Made by a program: the position numbers and the translations under genes
IMG/VR virus record: IMGVR_UViG_3300037448_000016
Span: 13,935-77,934 of that record
Strand: one strand, 5' to 3'
Source of the DNA: a virus
Lineage: Duplodnaviria > Caudoviricetes
DNA: 64,000 nt
In this document: positions 45,841 to 55,013 of the stretch, piece by piece
Position numbering within the stretch: the stretch's first letter is position 1
Layout of the letters: each line of letters opens with the position of its first letter
Notes under the pieces: model-generated
Databases searched by the model: none
Told to the model about the DNA's origin: nothing
What the model saw: the letters and a program-made list of their open reading frames with translations, nothing else

Positions 45841-46616
45841 GGCTTCAGCCTACCAGTTCACGCTCCCCCGTGCGACGCCCCGACAATCAACTGACAACTG
45901 ACTATTTGAACCAACTTGTGGAAAAAGTGCTCTCCCCCTTAGGTCCAGGCGCGCGAGGCGGGGAGGGGGCGCCCCCCAGGGTGGGGCCCGAGCCGAGCCG
46001 GAGCCGCAGCCCCGAGGCGCCCTGTGGTCAGCCGCTTGACAAGCCGTGGTCAGCCGTGAGAGGGTGGCCCCATGCCGCAGTGAGGGGCACCCGGAAGGGG
46101 CTCGCACAGCAGCAGCAGCACCCCCGCTGCACCCCTGCACCGCACGGAGCCTCGCTCCCTCTGCACAGCACGGGTCCGGAGGGGCAGGCACCACAGCACG
46201 GCAAGGCAGGCTTGACAAGCCCCTGACAAGGGCTGGTAAGGTACGACCAGCACCACCGAGGACCGCACTACATGCAAGAGCCGTGTGCCGAAGGCGCCCG
46301 TGAGCGGACCCCCTGCGACAGGACCCCCTTGTCGCTAGCAGGGACCTACGCTCCGAGCCACGCTAGGCCGTACGGAGGGTGAGGGTTCCCAACGCTGAAA
46401 CGCGGGAACGCCGTAACCGACCACAGGGGAGTCCTGTGGGAGGGGCGTTCAAACCGGGCGGACGGAACGCGATCCACCCCCCCGGACCTACGGAACACGG
46501 TAGGCGGGCTGCGAGAGCCGCCGGGGGGGCTAGTCAACGGCTTGACAAGCCGCTGACAAGCACGCTAAGGTTCCACCACGACGACGACGCACCGACACCG
46601 CCCCTGGAGGCAACCA

Positions 46617-47156
46617 GTGAAGTACCGCCGCACCCGGACCACTCGCACGGCCAAGATCGTGATCGGCCTTGCCGCAGCAGCAACGGCGATCGTGAGTCAG
46701 ACACAGCACGCCGAAGCCGCCACTACCGACAGCGTGGCCTGGGGCAAGGCGCTCACGCTCTGCCAGACCGTGAAAGCGTATGGACCGCACGAAGAGTGCG
46801 TGGTCGGCGCCACCGTGAACGCCACGGGGAGGGTGCTGACCGGCGACGACTATCACATGAGCAAGACGGGGCTGGTCCTGGACCACGCCACCCGGCCGAT
46901 CACGTCAACGGTGAGCAAGCCGACCACGGCGGACAGGGCTCGCATGGTGACGGCGAACGCCGAGTGCAAGAGCGTGCCGAACCATACCGTCAAGTGGTCA
47001 GCATGCATCACGGGCAGTGCGAACGCCAACGGTGGTGACACGGCTTTCGTGACGTCGGCTGACTGGTTCGCCATCCGGGTACGTCAGCACGTGGGGTACA
47101 CATGGAAGGCGTACGCCGTCCACCACGCTCACGCTCTGGTCACGCCCCTGCCGTAA
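46617..47156 (+). CDS. Secreted or membrane-anchored hypothetical protein
   Basis: GGAGG RBS; basic N-terminus, hydrophobic core and AEA cleavage-like site; four Cys. Confidence 0.7.
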   Translation: MKYRRTRTTRTAKIVIGLAAAATAIVSQTQHAEAATTDSVAWGKALTLCQTVKAYGPHEECVVGATVNATGRVLTGDDYHMSKTGLVLDHATRPITSTVSKPTTADRARMVTANAECKSVPNHTVKWSACITGSANANGGDTAFVTSADWFAIRVRQHVGYTWKAYAVHHAHALVTPLP

Positions 47157-47162
47157 GGCACA

Positions 47163-47211
47163 GGCCGGAGGACCGCGAACACGGCGGTACGGCTCGACAC
47201 CTCCTCCGGCC
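47163..47211 (+). repeat. Three-way-junction RNA motif, copy 1
   Basis: GGCCGGAGG-ACCGC(GAACACG)GCGGT-AC-GG(CTCGACA)CC-T-CCTCCGGCC. Confidence 0.8.
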
Positions 47212-47245
47212 ACTCGACCCACCAACGACGAAAGCGAGGCGCGAC

Positions 47246-47536
47246 ATGAGCGAACGGGTCAGCACGGGACGTGTCCGGCACCTGCTCAGCGAGGAGGTGG
47301 AACGGGCCGTCACGGAAGCGATCGAGTACGGCAAGGTACCGAGCAACGCCGTGGCTGCCACGATCGCATCGTGGTACCAGACGCCAGGGGGCCATGGGCT
47401 CACGTTCGCCCTGCTCCAACAGGGCAGCGAGGTGCTCCGCGAAGACCTGAGCGACGCCATCACGTCCGAGAGCGCCGAGAGCGCCGAGCACGACCGCCAC
47501 ATGTGGACTCTGAGCATGTGGATGGAAAGCCGCTGA
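47246..47536 (+). CDS. Hypothetical protein
   Basis: GAGG RBS; starts MSERVST. Confidence 0.65.
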   Translation: MSERVSTGRVRHLLSEEVERAVTEAIEYGKVPSNAVAATIASWYQTPGGHGLTFALLQQGSEVLREDLSDAITSESAESAEHDRHMWTLSMWMESR

Positions 47537-47596
47537 CAGCGACTTGACAACGCACTGACCAGCACGGTACGGTTCAACCACCGACGACAACGAGGA

Positions 47597-47884
47597 GTGA
47601 CCGTGAGCCACAGGTACGTGATGGACTTCCATCCACACGACGGAGCGCCGACCGGGCCGATGATGGAAGAGGTCAGCGAGAGCGAGGTTCTCGCCGGACG
47701 GTCCGGATCGGGTGAGGAGTTCCGCCGCCGGACCCGCAACGAAGGCGAGGAAAAGCCGCCCGTGGACGGCGGATCATGGGCCGACCTGTACGACGCCGAA
47801 GCGTGGGACGGCGTGTCCTACGGCTACCCGGTCTACCGGCTCACCTGGAACCGGAACCGATCGATCCACATCGAATCCCACTGA
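47597..47884 (+). CDS. Hypothetical protein
   Basis: GAGGAG RBS after a promoter. Confidence 0.65.
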   Translation: MTVSHRYVMDFHPHDGAPTGPMMEEVSESEVLAGRSGSGEEFRRRTRNEGEEKPPVDGGSWADLYDAEAWDGVSYGYPVYRLTWNRNRSIHIESH

Positions 47885-47890
47885 ACCCCA

Positions 47891-47941
47891 GCCTCTGGCA
47901 GCGCACCTCGACGGCGCTACGGCTCGAATCCGGCCAGGGGC
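47891..47941 (+). repeat. Three-way-junction RNA motif, copy 2
   Basis: GCCTCTGGC-AGCGC(ACCTCGACG)GCGCT-AC-GG(CTCGAAT)CC-G-GCCAGGGGC. Confidence 0.8.
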
Positions 47942-47973
47942 ACGCACACCACTCCGACAACGAAAGGCCCATC

Positions 47974-48189
47974 GTGATCAAGGTCATCGACTCCATCGTT
48001 CGGCTCAGGAGTTCCGTCAACGGAAACCCGCGCTACGAAATCACGTTCACCGACGGCACGGTTGCCCGTACTGCTTCCGATCACCAGTTCGCTACCTTCG
48101 TCGAGAACCAGGGAATGCGGAACGGCGACACGGTGCGGGTCGAGATCAACGGTAAGGGCACGATCTCGCACATGGAGCCGAAGTCCTGA
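47974..48189 (+). CDS. Small hypothetical protein
   Basis: GAAAGG RBS; SVNGNPRYEITF. Confidence 0.65.
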   Translation: MIKVIDSIVRLRSSVNGNPRYEITFTDGTVARTASDHQFATFVENQGMRNGDTVRVEINGKGTISHMEPKS

Positions 48190-48218
48190 CCACGGCAGCC
48201 GCCCCGACGACGAAAGGC

Positions 48219-48353
48219 ATGGCGATGCAACGGTATGACGTGCTAGACGACAATGGAGACGTCTTGGAGTCGTTCGATTCCTGGGCCCTGGCGAACATCA
48301 AGGCGCGAGAGCACAGATTCACGGTCCGCGACAACATGCCGGATGAGGACTGA
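48219..48353 (+). CDS. Small hypothetical protein (44 aa)
   Basis: GAAAGG RBS; MAMQRYDVLDD... Confidence 0.5.
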   Translation: MAMQRYDVLDDNGDVLESFDSWALANIKAREHRFTVRDNMPDED

Positions 48354-48424
48354 CCAGCAGTTGACAACGGACTGACCAGCACGGTACGGTTCAACCACCG
48401 ACGACGACGAAACGAGGCCACACA

Positions 48425-48739
48425 GTGAGAATGCATTTCGACAACGTCCGAGAGCGTGACCTGCGGGAAGCGTTCCAGGAAGCCGACATCCCGCACGCTT
48501 CGCTCACCATCAAGGGTGAGCATTCCAGCCGCTCGCACCGGACGGCTTTCGAGGTCCGGCTCACGGGTGACGGCATCTCCAACGGCCGGAAGACCCAAGA
48601 CGGGCAGGACTACGCCGCGACGTACGACGAGTGGGGCGAGTTCATCTCGCGGCTCTACGACCGCGACGTCACCGCGAAGATCGGCCCGTACACCTCCCGG
48701 GCCGACTTCCAAGACCGAACCGGCAGCCGGTACACCTGA
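48425..48739 (+). CDS. Hypothetical phage protein
   Basis: GAGG RBS after a promoter; AATYDEWG. Confidence 0.65.
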   Translation: MRMHFDNVRERDLREAFQEADIPHASLTIKGEHSSRSHRTAFEVRLTGDGISNGRKTQDGQDYAATYDEWGEFISRLYDRDVTAKIGPYTSRADFQDRTGSRYT

Positions 48740-48745
48740 AACCCG

Positions 48746-48794
48746 GCCTCTGGCACCGCGAACACGGCGGTACGGCTCGAATCCAGCCAGAGGC
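48746..48794 (+). repeat. Three-way-junction RNA motif, copy 3
   Basis: GCCTCTGGC-ACCGC..GCGGT-AC-GG(CTCGAAT)CC-A-GCCAGAGGC. Confidence 0.8.
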
Positions 48795-48851
48795 ACGCAA
48801 GGCAAGAGCGGAAGTCCTTGCCTCCCACCCCAACTCACCCAGGAGAGCACC

Positions 48852-49094
48852 ATGCGCTCACTGTCCAGCATTGCCAACGAGATCGAAATCCTATGGTCCG
48901 CGAAAGGTTCCGGCGTCAACTACGCGGCACGCCCCTACCTAGACGCCATGAAGACCCTGACCACGGTCGATGACCGGTACTACGACGACTCTGCCAAGTC
49001 GATCGTCCTCTACTTCCTGAGCAACGCTTCAGGGTTCCGGGGCGAACGCGCCAAGGAGATTAAGGCCGAACTGAAGTCCATGATCGGCAAGTAG
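48852..49094 (+). CDS. Small phage protein (80 aa)
   Basis: AGGAG RBS; ARPYLDAM...DSAKSIVLYFLSNA..FRGE.AK.IK.ELK. Confidence 0.75.
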   Translation: MRSLSSIANEIEILWSAKGSGVNYAARPYLDAMKTLTTVDDRYYDDSAKSIVLYFLSNASGFRGERAKEIKAELKSMIGK

Positions 49095-49100
49095 AACTCA

Positions 49101-49149
49101 GCCTGGCGGACCGCGAACACGGCGGTACGGCTCGACACCGCTGCCAGGC
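49101..49149 (+). repeat. Three-way-junction RNA motif, copy 4
   Basis: GCCTGGCGG-ACCGC..GCGGT-AC-GG(CTCGACA)CC-G-CTGCCAGGC. Confidence 0.8.
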
Positions 49150-49181
49150 ACGCACACCACCCCGACGACGAAAGGCGCATC

Positions 49182-49337
49182 ATGACCGAACAGGGCAAGT
49201 GGATCATGTGGGCCGATCCCAAGCGCGGCACTCAGCCGCTGGGAACGATCCTGTCCAGCGACGACGACACCATCACGTACCAACCGCGTTTCGGGCGGCC
49301 GATCACGGTCAAGCGGGCCGAAGTGAAGATCCGCTGA
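49182..49337 (+). CDS. Small hypothetical protein (51 aa)
   Basis: GAAAGG RBS; MTEQGKW... Confidence 0.55.
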   Translation: MTEQGKWIMWADPKRGTQPLGTILSSDDDTITYQPRFGRPITVKRAEVKIR

Positions 49338-49471
49338 TGCCACGTCCAGCCGGATCATTGGCCACGTGCCCGACCTGCAACGCCATCGTGCTGATTACGC
49401 CCAAGGGCGTGGTCAAGCATTTCCCGGGAGCGACCGACTGCCCCACCGAGGGCACTACGCTTAACCAGTAG
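49337..49471 (+). CDS. Small Zn-ribbon-like protein (44 aa)
   Basis: TGATG coupling; CPTC...H...C. Confidence 0.55.
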   Translation: MPRPAGSLATCPTCNAIVLITPKGVVKHFPGATDCPTEGTTLNQ

Positions 49472-49507
49472 TTGACAACTCCCTGACAACTCCGATAGCC
49501 TCCCATC

Positions 49508-50155
49508 ATGACGACGACGAAAGGTGCTCCCGTGGCAACGCTGGCCGACATCCTCCCCTCCGAGACTGCGATGGTCCGGAACATCCTGAAGGTCTACCGT
49601 TCCGCCACCGACGCGCAACGAGGCCAGGGAATGGCCTGGTACGACGAGGCGCACAGCCTGGCGGTTGCGCTGGACCCGGAGAACCCGATGCGAGCAGCCG
49701 GTGTCATCTCGGCGCTCTCCCCTCGGATCCAGTGGTCGTACAACCAGAAGTTGGCCATCCGGCTGTACGCCGACGGCGTGCTGACCGGCGGCTGCCTGCC
49801 TGCGAACTACACGAAGGCGAACAAGATCTTTAACGGGGCCGACGTGATGGCCACGCTGAAAGCACCCAAGACGCAAGCGTTCGCCGCGACCATTGCCAAT
49901 CCGGCAGGCGATCACGCTCCCGTGATCGACCGTCACGCTTTCAGCGTTGCCGTCGGATACGCCAGTACCGACGACGACACGTCGATCCTGGGACGCAAGG
50001 GGGCGTACGACCTGTTCGCCGGGGCGTACCGGAAGGCAGCGAAGCGGGCCGGGATCAGCCCGAGCCAGATGCAGGCCGTGACCTGGGTCGTGTGGCGCCA
50101 GACCGCGATCCGATACTCCGCTTCCATCCTCCGCGAGGAAACGGTTGCTGCCTGA
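49508..50155 (+). CDS. Phage protein with HhH-GPD/glycosylase-like features
   Basis: GMAWY, AAGVISALSP, KTQAF, PVIDRHA and QMQAVTW. Confidence 0.65.
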   Translation: MTTTKGAPVATLADILPSETAMVRNILKVYRSATDAQRGQGMAWYDEAHSLAVALDPENPMRAAGVISALSPRIQWSYNQKLAIRLYADGVLTGGCLPANYTKANKIFNGADVMATLKAPKTQAFAATIANPAGDHAPVIDRHAFSVAVGYASTDDDTSILGRKGAYDLFAGAYRKAAKRAGISPSQMQAVTWVVWRQTAIRYSASILREETVAA

Positions 50156-50445
50156 TGGTGGACGTCACTAAACCCGAAGGGTACCGGCTGGTCATCGACC
50201 ACCCGAAGCCCCAGGCCGAAGATCAAAACCAGTACGTCGTGGTCCTGCGACGTGACCGGCCCGGGGCGAAAGCCGTCCGGATCGGCAAGGAACCGCTGAC
50301 GAAGCGGAGCAAGCGTGCCAGACGACGTCAGGCCATCAGGATCGGTACCGCGATCGTGATGGCCGACAAGGAAGCACGGATCAGGGTAATCAAGGCGACG
50401 ATCGCCAGTCTGTCGGTCGTGCCTGACATCGACAGAGCGGAGTGA
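50155..50445 (+). CDS. Basic hypothetical protein
   Basis: TGATG coupling, 96 aa. Confidence 0.55.
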   Translation: MVDVTKPEGYRLVIDHPKPQAEDQNQYVVVLRRDRPGAKAVRIGKEPLTKRSKRARRRQAIRIGTAIVMADKEARIRVIKATIASLSVVPDIDRAE

Positions 50446-50702
50446 TCATGAGCGCACGCTTCAAGGTGAAGCACCACGACACCTGGTACGACGTGAAAGA
50501 CGTCGGCAAGGAGGAGGCATTCGACAGGGGGTGTCCGGACGCAACGGTCAAGTTGACCGGCCGCCATGAAACCACTTACGGCACCATGACCGGGATGCGC
50601 GACGAGGTCCGGGTGCCGGGCACATCCGACGGATTGCGTGGATACCCACGCACCTTCCATGGGTTCGATTCGGGCCCGCTGGAGGGGTACTACATCCCCT
50701 GA
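50442..50702 (+). CDS. Hypothetical protein
   Basis: GTGA overlap, 86 aa. Confidence 0.6.
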   Translation: MIMSARFKVKHHDTWYDVKDVGKEEAFDRGCPDATVKLTGRHETTYGTMTGMRDEVRVPGTSDGLRGYPRTFHGFDSGPLEGYYIP

Positions 50703-50708
50703 CCGACA

Positions 50709-50770
50709 GACCGGAGGACCGCGAGCCAGTTCACTGGCTCTGGCGGTACGGCTCGAAACCTCCTCCGGTC
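50709..50770 (+). repeat. Three-way-junction RNA motif, copy 5 (P2 loop replaced by an extra hairpin)
   Basis: GACCGGAGG-ACCGC-GAGCCAG(TTCA)CTGGCTC-TG-GCGGT-AC-GG(CTCGAAA)CC-T-CCTCCGGTC. Confidence 0.8.
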
Positions 50771-50841
50771 ACGGGTGATCGGATCGGCCGATCACCATCC
50801 AGCAGTTGACAACTCGTTGACCACTATGGAAAGATGGAGCC

Positions 50842-51327
50842 ATGACGACGACACAGGCAATCACCATCGTGAGCAAGCAGTGCGGCAAGTTCCGGGGGCA
50901 CCCTGGATCGTGCGACGACACGATCGAGTTCACCAGCCCGCACGCCGAAGATCAGTGCGTGGTCGGCATCCCGGTACTGAAGCACAATGACCGGGTGCTG
51001 ATCGACGGCATGGCCAATGGCTACGCGGTCCGCGCCGTGGTCACCACGCTCGGCGGGTACGGCGCCAGCAACCGCTCGTACGAGGGGCCGGACGGAATGG
51101 CCCGGTACCTGAAGGCGCTGGAGCGCAACGAGAAGCACGGCGGTGCGTGGATCAGCGTCGAGGCCACCGTGATCTCGGCCTACCGCGAAGCAGAGAGGCC
51201 GCGCACGATCGTCAAGATCGGCGGCCTGGTCCGGATCGTCTCGGACGTGCCGGGTGAAGGCGGCATCTACCGGCTGGAGTTTTACAGCCAGTGGGACCAC
51301 CACAACGTGCTCCTGGTCCGCGCCTGA
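50842..51327 (+). CDS. Hypothetical protein
   Basis: 161 aa, downstream of the promoter at 50806. Confidence 0.65.
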   Translation: MTTTQAITIVSKQCGKFRGHPGSCDDTIEFTSPHAEDQCVVGIPVLKHNDRVLIDGMANGYAVRAVVTTLGGYGASNRSYEGPDGMARYLKALERNEKHGGAWISVEATVISAYREAERPRTIVKIGGLVRIVSDVPGEGGIYRLEFYSQWDHHNVLLVRA

Positions 51328-51423
51328 ACCATCTCGCTCCCGCTGGCCATCGACCCCGAGTCGGTGGCCAGTGGTACTTAACCACAACTTGACAACTCGT
51401 TGACAAAACGGAAGGATGAGGAC

Positions 51424-52791
51424 GTGAAAGAACCCAGGCCGTACCAGAACGAAGCGGTGTGCTCGCTCGACACCGGCTGGACCGAAGGGTGGTTACGCCA
51501 GGTTCTGCTCCTGCCGACTGGGACCGGCAAGACGTTCGTCGGCGGCCTGGTCATCGGATCGCACGACTTCAGCCTCGGGGTGGTGGTGTTCCTGGCCCAC
51601 AGGGCGGAGTTGATCAATCAGACCGTCGCCATGATCCAGGAGAATCTCCCACACCTGCGGGTCGGCGTGGTCAAGGCCGAACGACACGAAGTCCAGAACG
51701 TGGACGTGATCGTGGCCAGCGTGCAGACGCTCGGCCTGTCGCCGCTGAAACGCGCCAGCATCGGCAAGGTCGGCCTGCTGATCATCGACGAGTGCCACCA
51801 CGCCGCCGCTCGCACGTACAAGGACGTCGTGACCGACTTCGGCGGATTCGAGGGCACCCGAGTGGTCGGCCTGACCGCGACCCTGGTGCGCAACGACAAG
51901 TTGGGCCTGGGTGACGTCTGGCAACGGGTGGCATTCGAGCGCTCGATCAAATGGGCTGAGGACAACTGCTTCCTGGTCCGGCACGACGAAGACGTGATCA
52001 TCGTTCCGTCCTTGCGGCTGGAGGACGTGCCGCAGGTCAAGGTCAACGCGGACGAGGACGACAGCACCGAGGACGGCAGGGACTACTCAGCCCGCAGCCT
52101 CGGCAAGCAACTGGTCGACCTGGACGCCGGTCCGATCCTGGCCAGTAAGTACCTGGCGAAAGCGGGCAAGCGGCAGGGGATCGTGTTCGCGCCGACGGTC
52201 GCGGCTGCGGTCCACATCCTTGACGCCTTCAACGCGGCCGGGATCCGCTCGGCACTGATCACGGGCGAAACGGAAGTCGAAGACCGGGAACTGATCTTCA
52301 AGATGATCCGCAACCATGAGTTGCAGGTGATCGTCAACGTGATGGTGCTGACCGAAGGGTTCGACCTTCCGCAACTGGAGGTCGCGGTCATCGCCCGGAT
52401 CACGAAGTCGAAGTCCCTGAAGGTGCAGATGGTCGGCCGGGTGAAACGCCTGTCCGAGGAGACCGGCAAGACCCGGGCCCTGGTGCTGTACGTATCCGGC
52501 GAGACAGCGGCGGTGTCGACGAAGAACCTGGTCGACCTGAAACGCACCGGCTCGGCCGGGGCGCCGCTGGAGAAAGTGAAGGCCAAGCCGCGCAAGCCGC
52601 GCGAGAAGATCCCGGTCGCTTCGTACAAGGCCACGATCGTCGGCAAGACGGTGATCGTGGTCCGCACGATCGGCACCGAGCACCTGGAGGTGGCCCGGTT
52701 CACACTGAAGAAGACGGCCAGCGCGGCCGACCTGCACAAGGCCGCCACCCTGCTGATCAAGCGCGATCAGATCATGCGGGGCAAGAGGTGA
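51424..52791 (+). CDS. SF2 DExH helicase (ResIII/UvsW-like)
   Basis: LPTGTGKT, IIDECHH, GLTAT, VLTEGFD and QMVGR. Confidence 0.92.
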   Translation: MKEPRPYQNEAVCSLDTGWTEGWLRQVLLLPTGTGKTFVGGLVIGSHDFSLGVVVFLAHRAELINQTVAMIQENLPHLRVGVVKAERHEVQNVDVIVASVQTLGLSPLKRASIGKVGLLIIDECHHAAARTYKDVVTDFGGFEGTRVVGLTATLVRNDKLGLGDVWQRVAFERSIKWAEDNCFLVRHDEDVIIVPSLRLEDVPQVKVNADEDDSTEDGRDYSARSLGKQLVDLDAGPILASKYLAKAGKRQGIVFAPTVAAAVHILDAFNAAGIRSALITGETEVEDRELIFKMIRNHELQVIVNVMVLTEGFDLPQLEVAVIARITKSKSLKVQMVGRVKRLSEETGKTRALVLYVSGETAAVSTKNLVDLKRTGSAGAPLEKVKAKPRKPREKIPVASYKATIVGKTVIVVRTIGTEHLEVARFTLKKTASAADLHKAATLLIKRDQIMRGKR

Positions 52792-52822
52792 GTCCTCGCC
52801 GGAGCGGCAGAGGACTCACCTT
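52786..52822. terminator. Hairpin between convergent genes
   Basis: AGGTGAGTCCTC...GAGGACTCACCT inverted repeat. Confidence 0.7.
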
Positions 52823-53430
52823 CAGCCCTTGAATGCTCCTGAGGCCACCAGGAAGCCGACGACCAGCACCACGCTGGCCAGGAAGCCCGCCAGGGCGTAG
52901 ACGCCGGAGATCGTCTCCCGTCCGCCCTGGCGGATGCTTTCCACCTTCCCGACACGCTCTTTCAGGTCATCGATCTTGTCACCGAGCCCTGCGCCCGTGG
53001 TGTTCAGCAGGGCGGTCAGGTTGCGGATGGTCTCGCTGGTGGCGATCTCCGACTTGCCGATCGCTTCGGCGTTGGCCTTGTTCTGGGCGGCGGCCTGCTT
53101 CTCCTGTGCGGCGAACGCGGCATCGACGGCCAACTTGTTGTCGCGCGCTTCCCGCTCCTGCCGGGTGTCCCGCTCGGCGAACTGAAGCCCGATGGACCGC
53201 AATCGCTCATCCATCAGACCGGTCAGGTGGGACACTTCGCGCTGCACGTCGGTCGGCACACGGTTGACCGTCTCGTTGAGCAGCCGGGTGGCGACATCGA
53301 TCGCGTGCAGCCTCTGCTCCAGCACGGCGACCCGGCCGTCGACGTAGTCACGCTCGGCGTTCACCGCGCGGATCAGCGCCTCGGTGGTGAGCACTGTGGG
53401 GTCGGGCGTCGGCGTGCTGTCGTCGGCCAT
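52822..53430 (-). CDS. Coiled-coil protein with C-terminal TM anchor
   Basis: Long helical region; C-terminal VYALAGFLASVVLVVGFLVA. Confidence 0.7.
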   Translation of the reverse strand: MADDSTPTPDPTVLTTEALIRAVNAERDYVDGRVAVLEQRLHAIDVATRLLNETVNRVPTDVQREVSHLTGLMDERLRSIGLQFAERDTRQEREARDNKLAVDAAFAAQEKQAAAQNKANAEAIGKSEIATSETIRNLTALLNTTGAGLGDKIDDLKERVGKVESIRQGGRETISGVYALAGFLASVVLVVGFLVASGAFKG

Positions 53431-53502
53431 CCCGCCAGGCTATGCGCCATCAACACTGACAGGGTATTGACAACTCGCTGACCACAGGAGTACGATCGGG
53501 TC

Positions 53503-53643
53503 ATGGACGATGACAAGAAAATCGAGATGCTCTACTGCGACACCGCGCGGTGCCGGGTCAACACCTTCGAGCACGGTCCCAGCGGCCGGTGCCCGGGATG
53601 CGGCTGGGACGGCGTGCCGATCCCGGAACGGGACGGGCGATGA
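53503..53643 (+). CDS. Small Zn-finger protein (46 aa)
   Basis: Leaderless after TTGACA-18-TACGAT; CDTARC...CPGC. Confidence 0.6.
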   Translation: MDDDKKIEMLYCDTARCRVNTFEHGPSGRCPGCGWDGVPIPERDGR

Positions 53644-53864
53644 GCGGGAGGTATCGCAACATGGCCGAAGACCTGCGCAACGAGACTCTCGGCACGCCCG
53701 CCGACTTCGCCACCTGGGAGGACAAGGTGGCCGCGATGCTCTCGGATCCCGACCAGTTCGCCTACCTCTGGTCCGAGATCAAGGACGAAGTGGAAGACGT
53801 CGACGCGATCCGATGGGAGATCAACCGCTGGGCCGACGCCCGGCCGTACGCCCCCCGAGCCTAG
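53640..53864 (+). CDS. Small hypothetical protein
   Basis: ATGA overlap; starts MSGRYRN. Confidence 0.6.
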   Translation: MSGRYRNMAEDLRNETLGTPADFATWEDKVAAMLSDPDQFAYLWSEIKDEVEDVDAIRWEINRWADARPYAPRA

Positions 53865-53983
53865 GAGGTTGGTGGACGTCCGGGGCTCTTGCTTCCTGCG
53901 ACCCCAGGCCGGGAGTTGACCGCACCACAAGCAGGGGGTCCACAGCCCCGCTACCCCGATCGGGTGGCGGGGCTTCCGTCTGC

Positions 53984-54523
53984 CTACCGGTCTCCACGGC
54001 GTGGCGCTAGCCGCGCTACGCGCTTCAAGGGCCGCCGCGCGGGCGAGGCCGAAGGCCGCAAGCCTTCCGGAGCGTCCGGCTTGAAGGATGCAGGGCGTAG
54101 GCGCCGTTCTGCGGGCCTAGGGGGCGGCGCGGGTACCTCTGGCCGGACCGGGTCCTGATCGCCGCTGGGAGGCACCACAGCGCGCCGCTGAGCGAGGGTC
54201 GCGGCTCCAGCCTTACCCGCCGCCTCGACGTTGCAGTGGGCGTGCTCCGGACCCATGATCGTCTCGCCCTGGTGCCCGAGGTGCCAGGTCTGCCCGCGTG
54301 GGATGGCCTCACCGCAGCGCCAGCACACCAACCGCTGGCCTTTTGCCTCGCGTTTCTCCCACACCCGGCGGGCCCGGTCGAACTCCGGGCCGTATCCCCG
54401 CTCCTGCCGGGTTCCGCGTGCGGCGTCCACCTCTTGCAGGTGACCGGCACACAATCCGTCACGTGAGATCGCCAAGTGGCAATTCGCCCTGCGACATACT
54501 CCCGCCGCTCTCGGCAAGTGCAT
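53984..54523 (-). CDS. HNH-like endonuclease (second copy)
   Basis: RGYGPEF..AR, CWRCGE, WHLGH and GPEHAHCN. Confidence 0.75.
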   Translation of the reverse strand: MHLPRAAGVCRRANCHLAISRDGLCAGHLQEVDAARGTRQERGYGPEFDRARRVWEKREAKGQRLVCWRCGEAIPRGQTWHLGHQGETIMGPEHAHCNVEAAGKAGAATLAQRRAVVPPSGDQDPVRPEVPAPPPRPAERRLRPASFKPDAPEGLRPSASPARRPLKRVARLAPRRGDR

Positions 54524-55013
54524 TCACCTCCGCCATGAAATCCTTCACCGCTTTCGCGGTGGAATGCGCGCGCAATCCTTCACCGCGAACATACGTGAAA
54601 CCAGAATCCCATTTCCCGTCGACCCACAGCCCGGCCGCGAAGAATGAGGAAGAAGTTTCGTTGCCGAAACTCTTCCCACACCGCACGAGCCACGACGGCA
54701 CGGAGTCACGCGGCACGTACCCGGTCACGGCCATGGCCGCACGCCCACTGGGTGTCTCCTCGCCGGTCGGCTCCCGCACGGCCGTGCGTGCCTCCTCGCC
54801 GTCCAGCGTGACTTCCCACCCGAGGGCGTAGGTCACGTGCGTGACCCATCCGGCTGCACGTGCGGCGTGCAGCCATGTGCGTGCTGCACGCGGCATGTCA
54901 GCCTCGCCCGGCACGGAGTCACGGGTCACGGCCTGCGAGCGCACGAGTGGGGCACGCACGACCGGCGGCACGTACGCCGGGTGCGGCATGCCACCGACCG
55001 TCGTGATGCTCAC
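54459..55013 (-). CDS. Hypothetical protein
   Basis: 184 aa, coupled to the upstream gene. Confidence 0.55.
   Translation of the reverse strand: MSITTVGGMPHPAYVPPVVRAPLVRSQAVTRDSVPGEADMPRAARTWLHAARAAGWVTHVTYALGWEVTLDGEEARTAVREPTGEETPSGRAAMAVTGYVPRDSVPSWLVRCGKSFGNETSSSFFAAGLWVDGKWDSGFTYVRGEGLRAHSTAKAVKDFMAEVNALAESGGSMSQGELPLGDLT

Noticed and set aside
46272-46382. 36-aa ORF after the promoter at 46212
   Set aside because: Weak RBS and overlap with hairpins; coding status cannot be supported
47163-50770. CRISPR array interpretation of the five repeats
   Set aside because: Spacing is irregular (350-1600 bp) with genes between copies, P1 sequences differ, and there is no cas operon
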